From Kiritimatiellia bacterium (GTDB lineage Bacteria > Verrucomicrobiota > Kiritimatiellia > RFP12 > JBMNHG01), in NCBI GenBank assembly GCA_050950285.1, contig JBMNHG010000008.1, forward strand, positions 682,001 through 746,000: a stretch of 64,000 nt of DNA, written 5' to 3'. The position numbers and the translations under genes were made by a program. Positions 1 through 10,700 of this stretch are shown here, piece after piece. The notes beneath the pieces are model-generated. The model saw only the letters and a program-made list of their open reading frames with translations. It was not told the origin of the DNA and searched no databases. Numbering within the stretch: the stretch's first letter is position 1; every line of letters begins with the position of its first letter.

Positions 1-2
1 CG

Positions 3-680
3 CTCCTGCTCTTCCGCGACGGCGGCAACATCGTGGTATGGCGGCAGGGACGGAAGGAGCGCACGATCGTCGATGCGGTGGCCGACCTTCGCAACACGCG
101 CTTCAACGACGTCTGCGTCGATCCCGAAGGACGAATCTTCTGCGGCACGATGGCCGACCTCCACCACTTCGGCCGGCTCTACCGCCTGGAGCTCGACGGC
201 ACCCTCACGCGGATCTTCGACGGCCTGGGCACGCCGAACGGCATGGGCTTCTCGCCCGACCTGAAGACGCTGTATTTCAACGACTCCTACGCCACCTTCC
301 GGACGACGTGGGCCTTCGACTACGACCGCTCCTGCGGCGAACTCTGCAACCGTCGCGCCCTGCGCGACGCGAAGCATGCCAACGACCCCGGAAACCCCGA
401 CGGCCTCGCCGTCGATTCCGAGGGCTTCGTCTGGACCGCCCGCTGGGACGGCAACTGCCTGCTCCGCCATTCGCCCGAAGACGGGGAGGTCGTCGAGAAC
501 ATCGCCTTCCCCGTACGCAAGGTCTCCTCGCTCTGCTTCGGCGGTCCCGACCTGGCCGACATCTACGCCACCACGGCAGGCGGCCACCTTCGTCCGACCG
601 ACGGCGTCGCCGCCGGATCCCTCTTCCGCATCCGGAACGCCCCCGCCCCGGGACTGCCGCGCTTCACCTCCGATTTCTAG
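3..680 (+). CDS. SMP-30/gluconolactonase/LRE family protein (5' end lies before the window)
   Basis: Motifs RFNDVCVDPEGR, PNGMGFSPD, PDGLAVDSEG..W, SLCFGG; frame is open back to the window start (LLLFRDGGNIVVW). Confidence 0.9.
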   Translation, partial: LLLFRDGGNIVVWRQGRKERTIVDAVADLRNTRFNDVCVDPEGRIFCGTMADLHHFGRLYRLELDGTLTRIFDGLGTPNGMGFSPDLKTLYFNDSYATFRTTWAFDYDRSCGELCNRRALRDAKHANDPGNPDGLAVDSEGFVWTARWDGNCLLRHSPEDGEVVENIAFPVRKVSSLCFGGPDLADIYATTAGGHLRPTDGVAAGSLFRIRNAPAPGLPRFTSDF

Positions 681-717
681 CCGGTTAGGTTCCGGCTTTT
701 CGGGATACCCTTGCGCG

Positions 718-760
718 AAAAAAAACGCCGTAACTCTTGCTATGTAAAGACTTACGGCGA
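718..760 (-). terminator. Intrinsic terminator of tRNA-His
   Basis: Stem CGCCGTAA(C)TCT...AGA(C)TTACGGCG followed on the minus strand by a T8 run, immediately 3' of the tRNA. Confidence 0.7.
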
Positions 761-768
761 TAAAAGGG

Positions 769-845
769 TGGGGCGAAAGACGGGACTTGAACCCGCGACG
801 ACCAGATCCACAATCTGGGGCTCTACCGACTGAGCTACTTTCGCC
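769..845 (-). tRNA. tRNA-His(GTG)
   Basis: Reverse complement GGCGAAAGTAGCTCAGTCGGTAGAGCCCCAGATTGTGGATCTGGTCGTCGCGGGTTCAAGTCCCGTCTTTCGCCCCA: cloverleaf, GTG anticodon, G-1:C73 pair, encoded CCA. Confidence 0.97.
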
Positions 846-930
846 ACGATGTAACGTTGCGCATAGAGAAATAGCAGAAGGCGGGCGAAGATGCAATCCC
901 ATTTTCCGGCGCGGGGGAAAAAACGACCCC

Positions 931-968
931 GCAGGCTCGATGCCCCTGTCGAGGAGCATCGAGCCTGC
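931..968 (-). terminator. Strong hairpin downstream of the 1012-6099 gene
   Basis: GCAGGCTCGATGC...GCATCGAGCCTGC, 13-bp perfect stem; T-run a few bases further on the minus strand. Confidence 0.55.
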
Positions 969-1011
969 CATGGGAGGAGCCGGGCGGGAGGCCCGCCGGC
1001 CGCGCGGCCGG

Positions 1012-4000
1012 CTATCGGATGAAGAGGATGGTGCCTTGCGGGCACTGGAACTCGTAGGCGCCGATGTCGTAGCGGCGCATCGAGGGGCGGCGCCTCCCGA
1101 GGATGTCGCGGAAGAGGCCCGCCTCCGCCACGGAGTTCGTGCCGGCATTGATGGCGGGCGAGAATTCCGCGAGGGAATAAGGGTTCGCCGTGTCGGCGGC
1201 ATTGAACATCGGATCGACGCTTGCGTCGCCCCAGAGGTTGCCGCCGAGGTCGTCGAGGAACGGACCGTCCCGGGTGTAGCGGGCGTCGTGCGGGATGTAG
1301 GCGTCGCCGGCGGTGTTGCCGTAGAAGAGGCAGCAGGCGAGGGAACCGCAGACGTCGGTGTTCGGGGGCGATTCGCCCACGCCGGCGTTGGCCTTGTAGA
1401 CGCCGTAGCCGGCGTTGTTCGCGACGATGGTGTTCACGAGGATGGGCTCGGTGTAGTCGCGGTCTTCGGCGCCGCCGTTGGCGTTGCAGAGGACGCCGTG
1501 GGCGCCGTTGTCCGCGACGGTGCAGTTGAAGAGGCGGCATTCGCCGGACTTGGAGCGTCCGTAGGTGACCCAGTTGTGGTCGAAGCTGAGGCCGGAGCCG
1601 GCGTTGTTCGCGATGACGCAGTTCCGGAACTCGATGTCCTCCTTCGATTCGTGGGGACTGCTGACGCCGTAGTGGTTGCCGGTGATCCGGCAGCTTTCGA
1701 TCACGTTGCCCTCGACTTCGCCGAAGAGTCCGACGCCGCCGGAATAGAGCTGGAGGTTGTTGGCGAAGACGAACGTGCCTCCGGTCAGCGTCAGGTTCTC
1801 GACGAGGTTCGAGCAGCCGCCCACGAAGAAGGCGAGCGGCGAGCCGTTGTTTGCGCCCGTGACGGTGGTGGGGTTCGCGGCGGGGTTGCACGCCCAGGTG
1901 GCGGGGTCGTATCCGCCCTGGAGGGTCATGCCGTGCTTGTCGAGGCCGATTTCGATGTTGTCGGCGTACGTGCCTCCGGCGATCTTCAGCACGCCGCCGG
2001 CGGCGGTCTGTCCGATGGCGTGGCGGAGGGTGGCGTATGGGGCGGCGGCCGAACCGTCGCCGGTGGCGTCGCTGCCGGTCGTGGCCACGAAGGTCTCGGT
2101 GCGCAGGGCGGGGGCGGGGTCGCCGGAGCTTTCCTTCACGCCGAGGGTCCAGGCATCGGACGGACGGACGGCGCCGAAGGCATCGGTCGTCAATCCAAAG
2201 TCGGCCGAAAGGTCGAGGCCCGCGCCGATGGCGGGAGAGCCCGTGCGAACGCCGTAGTCGAGCGCGTGGGGATCGGCGAAGAGCGGGTCGCGTCCGGTGA
2301 TGTTCCCGCCGAGATCTTCGAACTTCTGGCCGCTGTAGCTGTTGGCGTAGACGGGGCCGCGCGTGTTGCCGAAGAACAGGCTGTTCCCGACCCTGGGACG
2401 GGGATTGCGCGAGCCGCGCGCCAGGAGCCCGAAACCGCCGTTGCCGGCGACGATCGAGTTCTTCACGTTCGGCATGACATCGTACCAGTCGGTGTTGCCG
2501 TAGTTGCTGTAGCCGTCGCCCCCGTTGTCCGCGATGACGCAGTTGACGACATTGCCGACGCCGCCGAGAGCGGGATTGCTGTGCATCGCGCCGAAGTAGA
2601 ACCCGTGCGAACTGTTCTGCGCCACGACCGTGTTCACCATCGTGAAATGGATGGACAGGTGGTCGGCCGAGTAGATTCCGTAGTAGTTGCTCACGATCAT
2701 GCAGCTGTCGACGAGCAACCCGCTGCTGTTCGCGTTGAAGGCGATGCCTGCCGCATTGTAGGCGGTCGCGCCCTTGAGGGTGAGGTTGCGGAGGACGTTG
2801 TCGTTCGCATCCGTCGCGAGGGTGGCGGCGGAGGTCCCCTTGCCGTCGATGACCGTGAGGAGCGGATTGGCCGTGCGGGTCCAGCCGACGGGATCGTAGC
2901 CGCCGGCGACGGTTGTGCCGCAGCGTTCGGCGGGGAAGGAGATGCATTCCTCGTAGGTGCCGGCGGCGACGTGGATGGTGGAGGTGGCGGTCGTGAAGCT
3001 GAAGGCCTTCGCGATGGAGGCGTAGGGTTTCGCCTGCGACCCGTCGCCGGTGGCGTCGCTTCCGGTGGCAATGCTCACATAGGCGTCGTCGAGCAGCGTG
3101 ACGGAGGCGTCGCCCAGGCCGTCCGACTCGAAGCAGCCCATGTCCCAGTCGTCGCCCTGGGGGCGCGACAGGCCGTCGAGGTCGTCCGTCACGCCGTATT
3201 CGGCGGAGACATCGAGGCCGGCGGCGGCGGCGGGCGACGTTCCTTTCAGGTGGTAGTCGCCGTTCTCGGGATCGACGAACTCCGGGTCGCGCGCGAGTTT
3301 GTTCCCGCCGGTGCAGGTGAAACGGCCGGCGGCGTCGTACCAGTCGCCGGAGGAGTTGGCGTAGAAGAGCGAGTTCGTGACGAATCCGCCCTTGGGTCCG
3401 CCGGAGCGGCGGATGCCATACCCCTTGTTGCCGGCGACGATGCAGTTGATGACCTGGGGCGCCATGACGCCCCAGTCGTCGTTGCCGGAGGATTCGTAGC
3501 CGCTGGCGCCGTTGTCCGCGATGGTGCAATTCACCAGGGTGTTGTAGGTGATGTAGCCCTTGTTGGCCTCCTGGCGGAAGAAGTAGTAGATGCCTTGCCT
3601 GGCATTCTTCGCGATCAGGCAGTTCTTGTAGACTGCGGTTTGGGGCATGCGAACGCCGGAGTAGACGCCGTAGTAGTTGTTGGTGAAGATGCAGGATTCG
3701 AAGAAGGAGTACGGGGCGCTTCCGGTGAATTCGACGCCGGAGGAGGAGGTCGCGCCGGTGAAGGTCAGGCGGCTGAACGAATTCGAGCTCGCGCCGCCGG
3801 CGATCTGGACCACGGGCTTGTTCGCGGCGGCGGAGGTGAAGACCGTGGGATGCGTGGCGGGGGAGCGGGTCCAGGTGGCGGGGTCGTAGGCGCCTTCGAT
3901 GGAGAGTTCCGTCATGGAATTGCCCACGGCGAAGGATTCGGCGTAGTCGCCGCCGGCGATGCGGACGACGCCGCCGGGGGCGACGCGCGACAGGGCCTTC

Positions 4001-6099
4001 GCGACGGTTGCGAACGGGGCGGAGGCGGAGCCGTCGCCGGTGGAGTCGTCGCCGGATGGAGCGACGTGCACTGCGGCGAGGCGCGCGGGTTCGCCGCTGA
4101 CGGGGCATTCGTAGGCGCCGATGTCCCAGCCGTTGTCGGGGCGGGCCGTTCCGAGGATGTCGTCGGTCACGCCCGGAGTGGCGGCGGAGAGGTCCACGCC
4201 GGCCGCGGCGGCGCCGGATCCGGCGACGAGCGTGTAGTCGCGGTTTTCGGCGTCGGTGAAGAGCGGATCGACGCCGTTCTTGATGCCGCCGAGGTACTCG
4301 AACTTGCCTTGGCCGTAGTCGTAGATGTCGCCGGCGGTGTTGGCGTAGAAGAGGCAGTTCTGGATGGAGGCGCCGGAGCTCCCCCCGCGCTTCGTGATGC
4401 CGTATCCGCCGTGGAAGGCGAAGATGGTGTTCTTCGCCACGGGGGGGACGTCGGCCCAGTCCTGGTTGCCTCCGTGCCAGTAGCCCGAGCCGCCGTTGTC
4501 GGCGACGGTGCAGTTGAGGAAGGTGAAGGGGCCGGGGTTGGCGCTATGGGCCACCTGCGCGATGTGTTCGAAATGGACGGCATGGGAGGAGCTGCCGGCG
4601 ATGATGCAATTGCGGAGGGTCGCGCCGCCTTTCTGGTTCCACGCGCCGTAGACGCCGTGGTAGTTGCCGAGGAAGCGGCATCCGTCGCATTCGACGAGAT
4701 GGCCATGGACGGCGAAGCGGAGGCCGGCGGCGTAGCCGTCCGTGGCGTTGCGGAGGGTGAGCGAGACGAGGCGGCAGCCCGTGGCGTCGCAGGAAAGCGA
4801 GGCGACGGTCGCGCCCGCGCCGTCCAAGATGGTTTCGGTGGTCGCGGGGGAGTAGGTCCAGTCGGGCGATCCGACAACATACGCGCCCTTCACCGTGATG
4901 CCTCCCTTCCCGAAGAAGGAGAGGCGGTCGGCGGTGTAGGTCCCGCCCGCGACGCGGATTTCGCCGTTGGCCGCAGTGCGCGCGAGGGCGTAGGCGACCG
5001 TCGCGAAGGGGGCGGAAGCGGAGCCGTCGCCCGTGGCGTCGCTGCCCGTGGCGGCGTCGACGTACGCCAGGGGGAGTTCGGCCGGGGCGCCGGCGCCTGC
5101 GGTCTCGTAGGCGCCGATGTCCCAGCCCGCGACGCCGCGGGGGGCGCCGTCCAGGTCGGTCGTGAAGTATGCGGAGAGGTCTGCGCCGGCGGCGCCGGCG
5201 GCGGAATCCGCGAGGAGATGGTAGTCGCCCGCGGCGCGATCGGCGAAACGCGGCGCGCCGTAGCGGCATGCCGTCATCGCCGGGGAGACGAGGTGCGCGT
5301 TGATGGCGCCATCGCCGTTGGCGTCGAAGAGGCAGTTCTCGACGGTTGCGCCGGGGCGGCAGCCTTTTTTGTAGAAGCCCGCGCGCCGGTTGCCGGCGAA
5401 GAGGGTGTTCTGGATCACGCAGTGCGCGTCGTAGTGGTCGGGATTGCCGGTGTTGGACTGGATGCCGTTGGCTCCGTTGTCGGCGATGGTGCAGTTGCGC
5501 ACGACCAGCGTGCCGATGTCCAGGGTACCGACGTTGCTGTTGTTGTAGAGGATGCCGTCGTAGGCGTTCCGGGCGATCAGCGTGTTCTCGACGGTGATGT
5601 CCTGCGGATGGTAGTTCCCTGCGTTGTGGACCGCGCGCGAGCAGTTGGTGAGGATGCAGTCCGCAATGGTGGTCGTGGCGGCGGCGGCCTGGAGACGGAT
5701 GCCGTCGCACCATCCCCATTCGGGGTTCGACGAGGTGAGCGTGAGCCGGCGGAAGGTGGTGTCGGAGGCCCCTTGGACGAGGGTGGCGACGGTTCCTCCG
5801 TGGCGGAGAATCGTGGGCGAGGCGGATTGCGTCCACGTGTTCGTGTCGTAGCCTCCCACGAAGGTCAATCCCGCTTTGTCCACGGTGAACCCCGCGGCGT
5901 CGTAAAGGCCCGAGCCAATGAGGATGGTGTCGCCGTTCGACGCCGCGTTCACGGCGGCTGCGACGGTGGCGAGGGGGTCGGCCTGCGAGCCGGTCCCCGC
6001 GTTGTCTCCGGCTGGAGCGACATGCCATGTGGCGGCATGGACCGTAGCGACAAGCGCGGACACCGCGCCCAGCGTTGCGAACTTCAACCTGCTTCCCAT
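1012..6099 (-). CDS. Secreted 1695-aa protein with five tandem DUF1565-like/right-handed beta-helix/choice-of-anchor Q modules; C-terminal GTILFIR
   Basis: GGAGG RBS, signal peptide MGSRLKFATLGAVSALVATVHA; five YV..GxDxTGDGS..P.AT starts; NCTxADN ladders; DP.F.D....DY.L...S...G..D..G..R...DIGAYE ends. Confidence 0.88.
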   Translation of the reverse strand: MGSRLKFATLGAVSALVATVHAATWHVAPAGDNAGTGSQADPLATVAAAVNAASNGDTILIGSGLYDAAGFTVDKAGLTFVGGYDTNTWTQSASPTILRHGGTVATLVQGASDTTFRRLTLTSSNPEWGWCDGIRLQAAAATTTIADCILTNCSRAVHNAGNYHPQDITVENTLIARNAYDGILYNNSNVGTLDIGTLVVRNCTIADNGANGIQSNTGNPDHYDAHCVIQNTLFAGNRRAGFYKKGCRPGATVENCLFDANGDGAINAHLVSPAMTACRYGAPRFADRAAGDYHLLADSAAGAAGADLSAYFTTDLDGAPRGVAGWDIGAYETAGAGAPAELPLAYVDAATGSDATGDGSASAPFATVAYALARTAANGEIRVAGGTYTADRLSFFGKGGITVKGAYVVGSPDWTYSPATTETILDGAGATVASLSCDATGCRLVSLTLRNATDGYAAGLRFAVHGHLVECDGCRFLGNYHGVYGAWNQKGGATLRNCIIAGSSSHAVHFEHIAQVAHSANPGPFTFLNCTVADNGGSGYWHGGNQDWADVPPVAKNTIFAFHGGYGITKRGGSSGASIQNCLFYANTAGDIYDYGQGKFEYLGGIKNGVDPLFTDAENRDYTLVAGSGAAAAGVDLSAATPGVTDDILGTARPDNGWDIGAYECPVSGEPARLAAVHVAPSGDDSTGDGSASAPFATVAKALSRVAPGGVVRIAGGDYAESFAVGNSMTELSIEGAYDPATWTRSPATHPTVFTSAAANKPVVQIAGGASSNSFSRLTFTGATSSSGVEFTGSAPYSFFESCIFTNNYYGVYSGVRMPQTAVYKNCLIAKNARQGIYYFFRQEANKGYITYNTLVNCTIADNGASGYESSGNDDWGVMAPQVINCIVAGNKGYGIRRSGGPKGGFVTNSLFYANSSGDWYDAAGRFTCTGGNKLARDPEFVDPENGDYHLKGTSPAAAAGLDVSAEYGVTDDLDGLSRPQGDDWDMGCFESDGLGDASVTLLDDAYVSIATGSDATGDGSQAKPYASIAKAFSFTTATSTIHVAAGTYEECISFPAERCGTTVAGGYDPVGWTRTANPLLTVIDGKGTSAATLATDANDNVLRNLTLKGATAYNAAGIAFNANSSGLLVDSCMIVSNYYGIYSADHLSIHFTMVNTVVAQNSSHGFYFGAMHSNPALGGVGNVVNCVIADNGGDGYSNYGNTDWYDVMPNVKNSIVAGNGGFGLLARGSRNPRPRVGNSLFFGNTRGPVYANSYSGQKFEDLGGNITGRDPLFADPHALDYGVRTGSPAIGAGLDLSADFGLTTDAFGAVRPSDAWTLGVKESSGDPAPALRTETFVATTGSDATGDGSAAAPYATLRHAIGQTAAGGVLKIAGGTYADNIEIGLDKHGMTLQGGYDPATWACNPAANPTTVTGANNGSPLAFFVGGCSNLVENLTLTGGTFVFANNLQLYSGGVGLFGEVEGNVIESCRITGNHYGVSSPHESKEDIEFRNCVIANNAGSGLSFDHNWVTYGRSKSGECRLFNCTVADNGAHGVLCNANGGAEDRDYTEPILVNTIVANNAGYGVYKANAGVGESPPNTDVCGSLACCLFYGNTAGDAYIPHDARYTRDGPFLDDLGGNLWGDASVDPMFNAADTANPYSLAEFSPAINAGTNSVAEAGLFRDILGRRRPSMRRYDIGAYEFQCPQGTILFIR

Positions 6100-6182
6100 G
6101 ATGGAACCTCCTGTGAGTGGAAACCAGCGCCCGATTCGTCGGCGGGTGCGCATGATGGAATCCCACGATTCATGATACTGGG

Positions 6183-6212
6183 AGAGTACCCCCATATCTC
6201 TCGACATGTCAA
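6183..6212 (-). promoter_or_regulatory. sigma70-like promoter of the 1012-6099 gene
   Basis: TTGACA-18 nt-TACTCT on the minus strand. Confidence 0.5.
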
Positions 6213-6365
6213 CAGGAAATAGCAGGGGGCGACGCCTTTTGCCCGCGCCGCCTCCCGGACGCCGATGGACGGTGGACATGCGCGGGAAAACGGCGTGCCG
6301 CGAAAAAAGCGGCGCGCCGTTTTTTGGGGGGCTGGCCGGGGCGGCGCCGGCGTTCCGGGCGGGGC

Positions 6366-7595
6366 TTATCCGCGGGGGAGCCGGCCCGCCGCTTCGCCGC
6401 GCGCCCAGGCGTCGGCGGCGAAGATGGCGTCGAGGTCGGGCGCGGCGGAGCCGACGCGGGCGCAATCCATCACCTCGCCCACCAGCTTCCAGATGCCGGA
6501 GAACGGGATGGCGCCGGAGAGGAAAGCCTCCACGGCGACTTCGTTCGCGGCGTTCATCACGGTCGGGAGGAGTCCGCCCCCGGCAGCGGCGCGCCGCGCG
6601 AGCGGGAGGCAGGGGAAGCGGTTCTCGTCCGGCCCGGAGAAGTGCAGCGACGCCACCTGCGCGAGATCGAGCGAAGGCAGGCCGCAGGGGATGCGGCGGG
6701 GCCAGTTCAGGGCCGCGTTGATGGCGTAGCGCATGTCGGCCGGCGCCAGTTGCGCGAGCACGGACCCGTCGGCGTATTCCACGAGCGAATGGACGATGCT
6801 TTCCGGGTGGACCAGCACGTCGATGCGGTCGACGGGGATGTCGAAGAGCCAGCGGGCTTCGAGGAGTTCGAGGCCTTTGTTCATCATCGTGGCGGAGTCG
6901 ATGGTGACCTTCCGCCCCATGGACCAGCGCGGGTGGTCCAGGGCCTGGGCGGCGGTGACGCGGTCGAAATCGACCTCCGGGCGGGCGGCGAAGGGTCCGC
7001 CGGACGCGGTCACGATCAGGCGTTTCACATTGTCCTCGGCGCGGGGCGCGGCGGGATCGGTGCGCACGCACGCGGGAAGCGCGGGCCCGGCGCAGAGACA
7101 CTGGAAGATGGCGCTGTGCTCGCTGTCCACGGGCGTGATCCGCACGCCGGCGGCGGCGCGGGCGGCCATTACGGGGGCTCCGGCGGCCACGAGGGTCTCC
7201 TTGGTGGCCAGCGCGATGTCGCGCCCGGCGGCGATGGCCGCGAGGACGGGCTTGAGGCCGGCCATGCCCACCAGTGCGCAGAGCACGAGGGCGTCCCTTC
7301 CGACGTCGCCGCCCCCGGCCAGTTCATCGACGCCGCCGGGGCCCGACAGGACTTCGACGCCGTCGGGGGCCTCGCGGCGCGCCGCGGCGGCGGCGGCGGG
7401 ATCGGCCACCGCGATGCGCGGGACGCGGAACTGCCTCGCCTGCTCCAGCAGGCGCGCGACGCTGCGGTTCGCGGCGAGGCCCGCGATGGCGAAGCGGCCG
7501 GGCTCTGCGGCGGCCACGCGCAAGGCGTTTTCGCCGATGGAACCGGTGCTGCCCAGGATGACGAGGGGGCGGGGAGGCGTGTGGGGGGATGGCAT
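6366..7595 (-). CDS. dxr: 1-deoxy-D-xylulose 5-phosphate reductoisomerase
   Basis: ILGSTGSIG, ALATKETLV, PVDSEHSAIFQ, TASGGPF, HPRWSMGRKVTIDSATMMNKGLE; AAGGAG RBS. Confidence 0.97.
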   Translation of the reverse strand: MPSPHTPPRPLVILGSTGSIGENALRVAAAEPGRFAIAGLAANRSVARLLEQARQFRVPRIAVADPAAAAAARREAPDGVEVLSGPGGVDELAGGGDVGRDALVLCALVGMAGLKPVLAAIAAGRDIALATKETLVAAGAPVMAARAAAGVRITPVDSEHSAIFQCLCAGPALPACVRTDPAAPRAEDNVKRLIVTASGGPFAARPEVDFDRVTAAQALDHPRWSMGRKVTIDSATMMNKGLELLEARWLFDIPVDRIDVLVHPESIVHSLVEYADGSVLAQLAPADMRYAINAALNWPRRIPCGLPSLDLAQVASLHFSGPDENRFPCLPLARRAAAGGGLLPTVMNAANEVAVEAFLSGAIPFSGIWKLVGEVMDCARVGSAAPDLDAIFAADAWARGEAAGRLPRG

Positions 7596-7704
7596 GGGAC
7601 TCCTTGGGGAACGGTGCAACACAAGAAATAGCGGACCTCGATGGGGATCCTGCGAGAGCATTCTCCCATCGAGGCCGCCATTGCGCCTTCGGAAAGGCCC
7701 GGGC

Positions 7705-10700
7705 TTACCGCAGCAGGAAGAGGGTGCCCTGGAGGAAGATCTCGTAGGCGCCCATGTCCACGCGGTCGTCGACGATGCGCGGGTTGTGCCCGTTGAGGTC
7801 GGTCGCGGCGGCCATCCACGCGATGTTCGTCCCGGCGTTCACGCAGGGCGAGGAGCCCGTGATGCGGTAGTCGCCAGCCGAAGCATCGCGGAAGAGCGGG
7901 TCGGCGGAGAAGGAGGCCGCGTCGATCGCGAGGTTCGTGTCGGTTCCGGCCGGCCGGGCGACGAAGTTCCCGGAGGGGTTGCCGTAGGAGCAGGCCGACG
8001 CGACGCCGCAAGCGTAGTTCTCGTTTGCGGGGTCGCCGTCCACGAGGAGGCCATAGCCGCCGTTGAAGGCGGTGATGGTGTTGAGCACGGCGTTGCCCTT
8101 CTTGTGGCGGTTGTAGCCGAAGAGGATGCCGTCGCCGTTGCCCGCGACGGTGCAGCTCTCGAGGCGGATGTCGCCCGCGCCGCCCGCGCCGGCGCCTGCG
8201 GCGGCGTTCCCGGCCACGAGGCATTGGCGGAGCGTGGTTCCTTCGGCCAGCTCCTGGATCCACCCGTTCGCCGGCTGGTAGTTGGCGGAGGCGACGCCGT
8301 CCGCGCCGTTCCCGGTGATGCGGCAGCGGTCGAGGAAGACGCCGGGCGAGCCATCCACGGTGCATCCGGCGGCGATGTTGCCGACGAGGGATCCGTTCAC
8401 GAAGTCGATGCGGAAGGAGGTGGCGTCGGCGGCCACTCCATTCGTGCATCCGCTGGCGGAGCAGTTCGCGAAGCGCACGCCGGCGGAGCCTTCGATGGAG
8501 AAGCCGTCGCCGGCGCAGTCGGCGGCGGCGAGGCCTTCGATTTCCACCTCCGAGCAGTCGACGAGGCGGAGGCCGGTGCCGGAGGCGGCGGAAAGGACGG
8601 CGCCGGGGGCGGCGACGATCTTCACGGGGCGGGCCTCCGTGCCGACGGCGGAGAGGACCGCCGGATTGGTGTAGACGCCGGCGGCGACGCGGATGGTGTC
8701 GCCCGGGACCAGCGCCCTGGCGCAGGCGTTGGAGAGCGTCGCGAAGGCGCCGTCGGCCGTGTTGGCGAGGCCGTCGTTGGCGTCGTTGCCGTCGGGGCGC
8801 ACGTAGTACGTGGCGGAGGCGGGCCAGGCCAGGCCGGCGCCCTGGTACGAACCGAGGTTCGAGCCATCGGCGGCGGCGCCGATCACGGGCGAGCCGATGT
8901 ACACGGCGCCGTCGTCGCGGACGTCGATGGCGGCGAGAAGCGGGTCGGCTCCGTCGAGGACGTTGCTCTCATGGGCGGAGGCCGCCGCGTTCTGGCCGTT
9001 GTTGCAGTCGGTGATCGCGAAGTGGCCGTTGCCCCAGAAGTGCGAGGCGTAGGTGGGGACGTTGCCGTGGCTGCAGAAGACGCCGCCGAAGAAATTCGCG
9101 GCGAAGAGGCTGTTCGTGACCACCGGGCCCTGCGGCCAGAGGCCGTAGTCGCCGTATTGGTCCACATAGGGGCCGACGCCGAAGGAATCGTTCCGGGCGA
9201 AGGTGCAGTGGTCGATGAACCAGCCGGAGGTGTTCGTGTCGCTCATGCCGAGGGCGACGGCTCCGTTGCGCACGAAGGTGCAGTAGGCCGCGCGGAGGTT
9301 GGGGCAGGTGTTCTGCCCGTTGATGCCGGCGCGGACGCCGGCAAGGGCATTGCCGGCGAAAACGCACCGGAGGAGCGAGACGCCCACCGAGTTGCCCAGC
9401 GCGAGACCGTTGCCGGAGCAATCGCGGAAGGCGCTGTCCACGACCTTCGCGGCGTTGCAGCCGGAGAGCGAGAGGCCGTTGCCGGCCGCCGCTTCGACGA
9501 CGCAGTTCGTGAAGAGGAGGTTCGCGCCGTTGAGGGCGGCAATGCCGGGGCCTCCCAGGACGGTCGCGCCCTCGACGATGACCTGCGAGCAGTTCGTAAA
9601 CGAGAGGGCCGGCTCGTCGTTCGCCGAGGCGATGGTCGCGCCCGCTTCGAACAGGATGCGGATGGGCAGAACGCTCGTGCCCGGTGCATCCACAAGCGCC
9701 GCGGGGCCTTCGTAGTCGCCGGCGGTGACGTGGACGATGTCGCCCGCCGAAGAAACGGCGTCCAGGGCGCGCGCGACGGTGGCGAAGGCGCCGACCGAGG
9801 TGTTCTCGAGGCCGGTGTTCGAGTCGTCGCCGTCGGGGCGCACGAAGTATTCGCGGGCGTCGGAGACAATCTCCACGCCGGCGCCCTGGTAGCAGCCGAT
9901 GTTGCCGCCGTCCGAGGCCGCGCCCAGCACGGGCGAACCCGCGAAGACGGCGCCGTCCATGCGGCCGGCTGTCGGACAGAGCATCGGGTCGGTATAGAGG
10001 CAGTCGCCGAGGTCGCACACATCGGCAGACTCGAAGCCGTTGCCGCCGAAATCGCCCTGCGCGTTCGTCCAGAAGAGCGAGTTCGTGGCATAGAGGGTGC
10101 CCCACATCATCTGGAGGCCGCATCCGTCGTTGAACGCGAAGATGCAGTCGGCGAGCGGCGCGCATTCATGATAGATGCCGGTCGGGAAGGAACCGCCATT
10201 GGAACCATAGCCGGAACCCGTGTTCTCGACGAAGGTGCAGTGGTCGAACGACCAGGGCGAGGCATTCACGTTGAGGCCGACGCCGAGCATGCCGTTTCCG
10301 GCGAAGTAGCAGTAGCGGCCGTACGTGCCCACGCAGGGGTTCTTGCTGCCGTCCCAGCCGCCGTCGCCGCCGACGAGGCCGCACTGGCCGTTGTCGACGA
10401 AGGCGTCGTGCAGGAACGCCATGCCGGCGGAACGATCGAACCAGAGGCCCTGGGCGGCGTTGTTGGAGAAGACGCAGTCGACATACGTGCCGAAGTTCGC
10501 ATCGTGGTGCTCGACGCCCGACGACGCGCAGGAGGCAAAGACGCAGTTCGTCACGAAGGTGTTCGGGGAGTTGGCGACCAGCAGGCCGCCGCCGTTCGCC
10601 ACGGTGAGGCCGGAGACCCTGACATACGTCGAATCCTGGATCGCAAGGCCCACATTGACGCCGGGCACGGAGACGATTGCGCCCTCTTCGCCGATGATGC

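Noticed and set aside
769..845. tRNA-His as an integration site
   Set aside because: No integrase and no duplicated tRNA 3' end seen in the window
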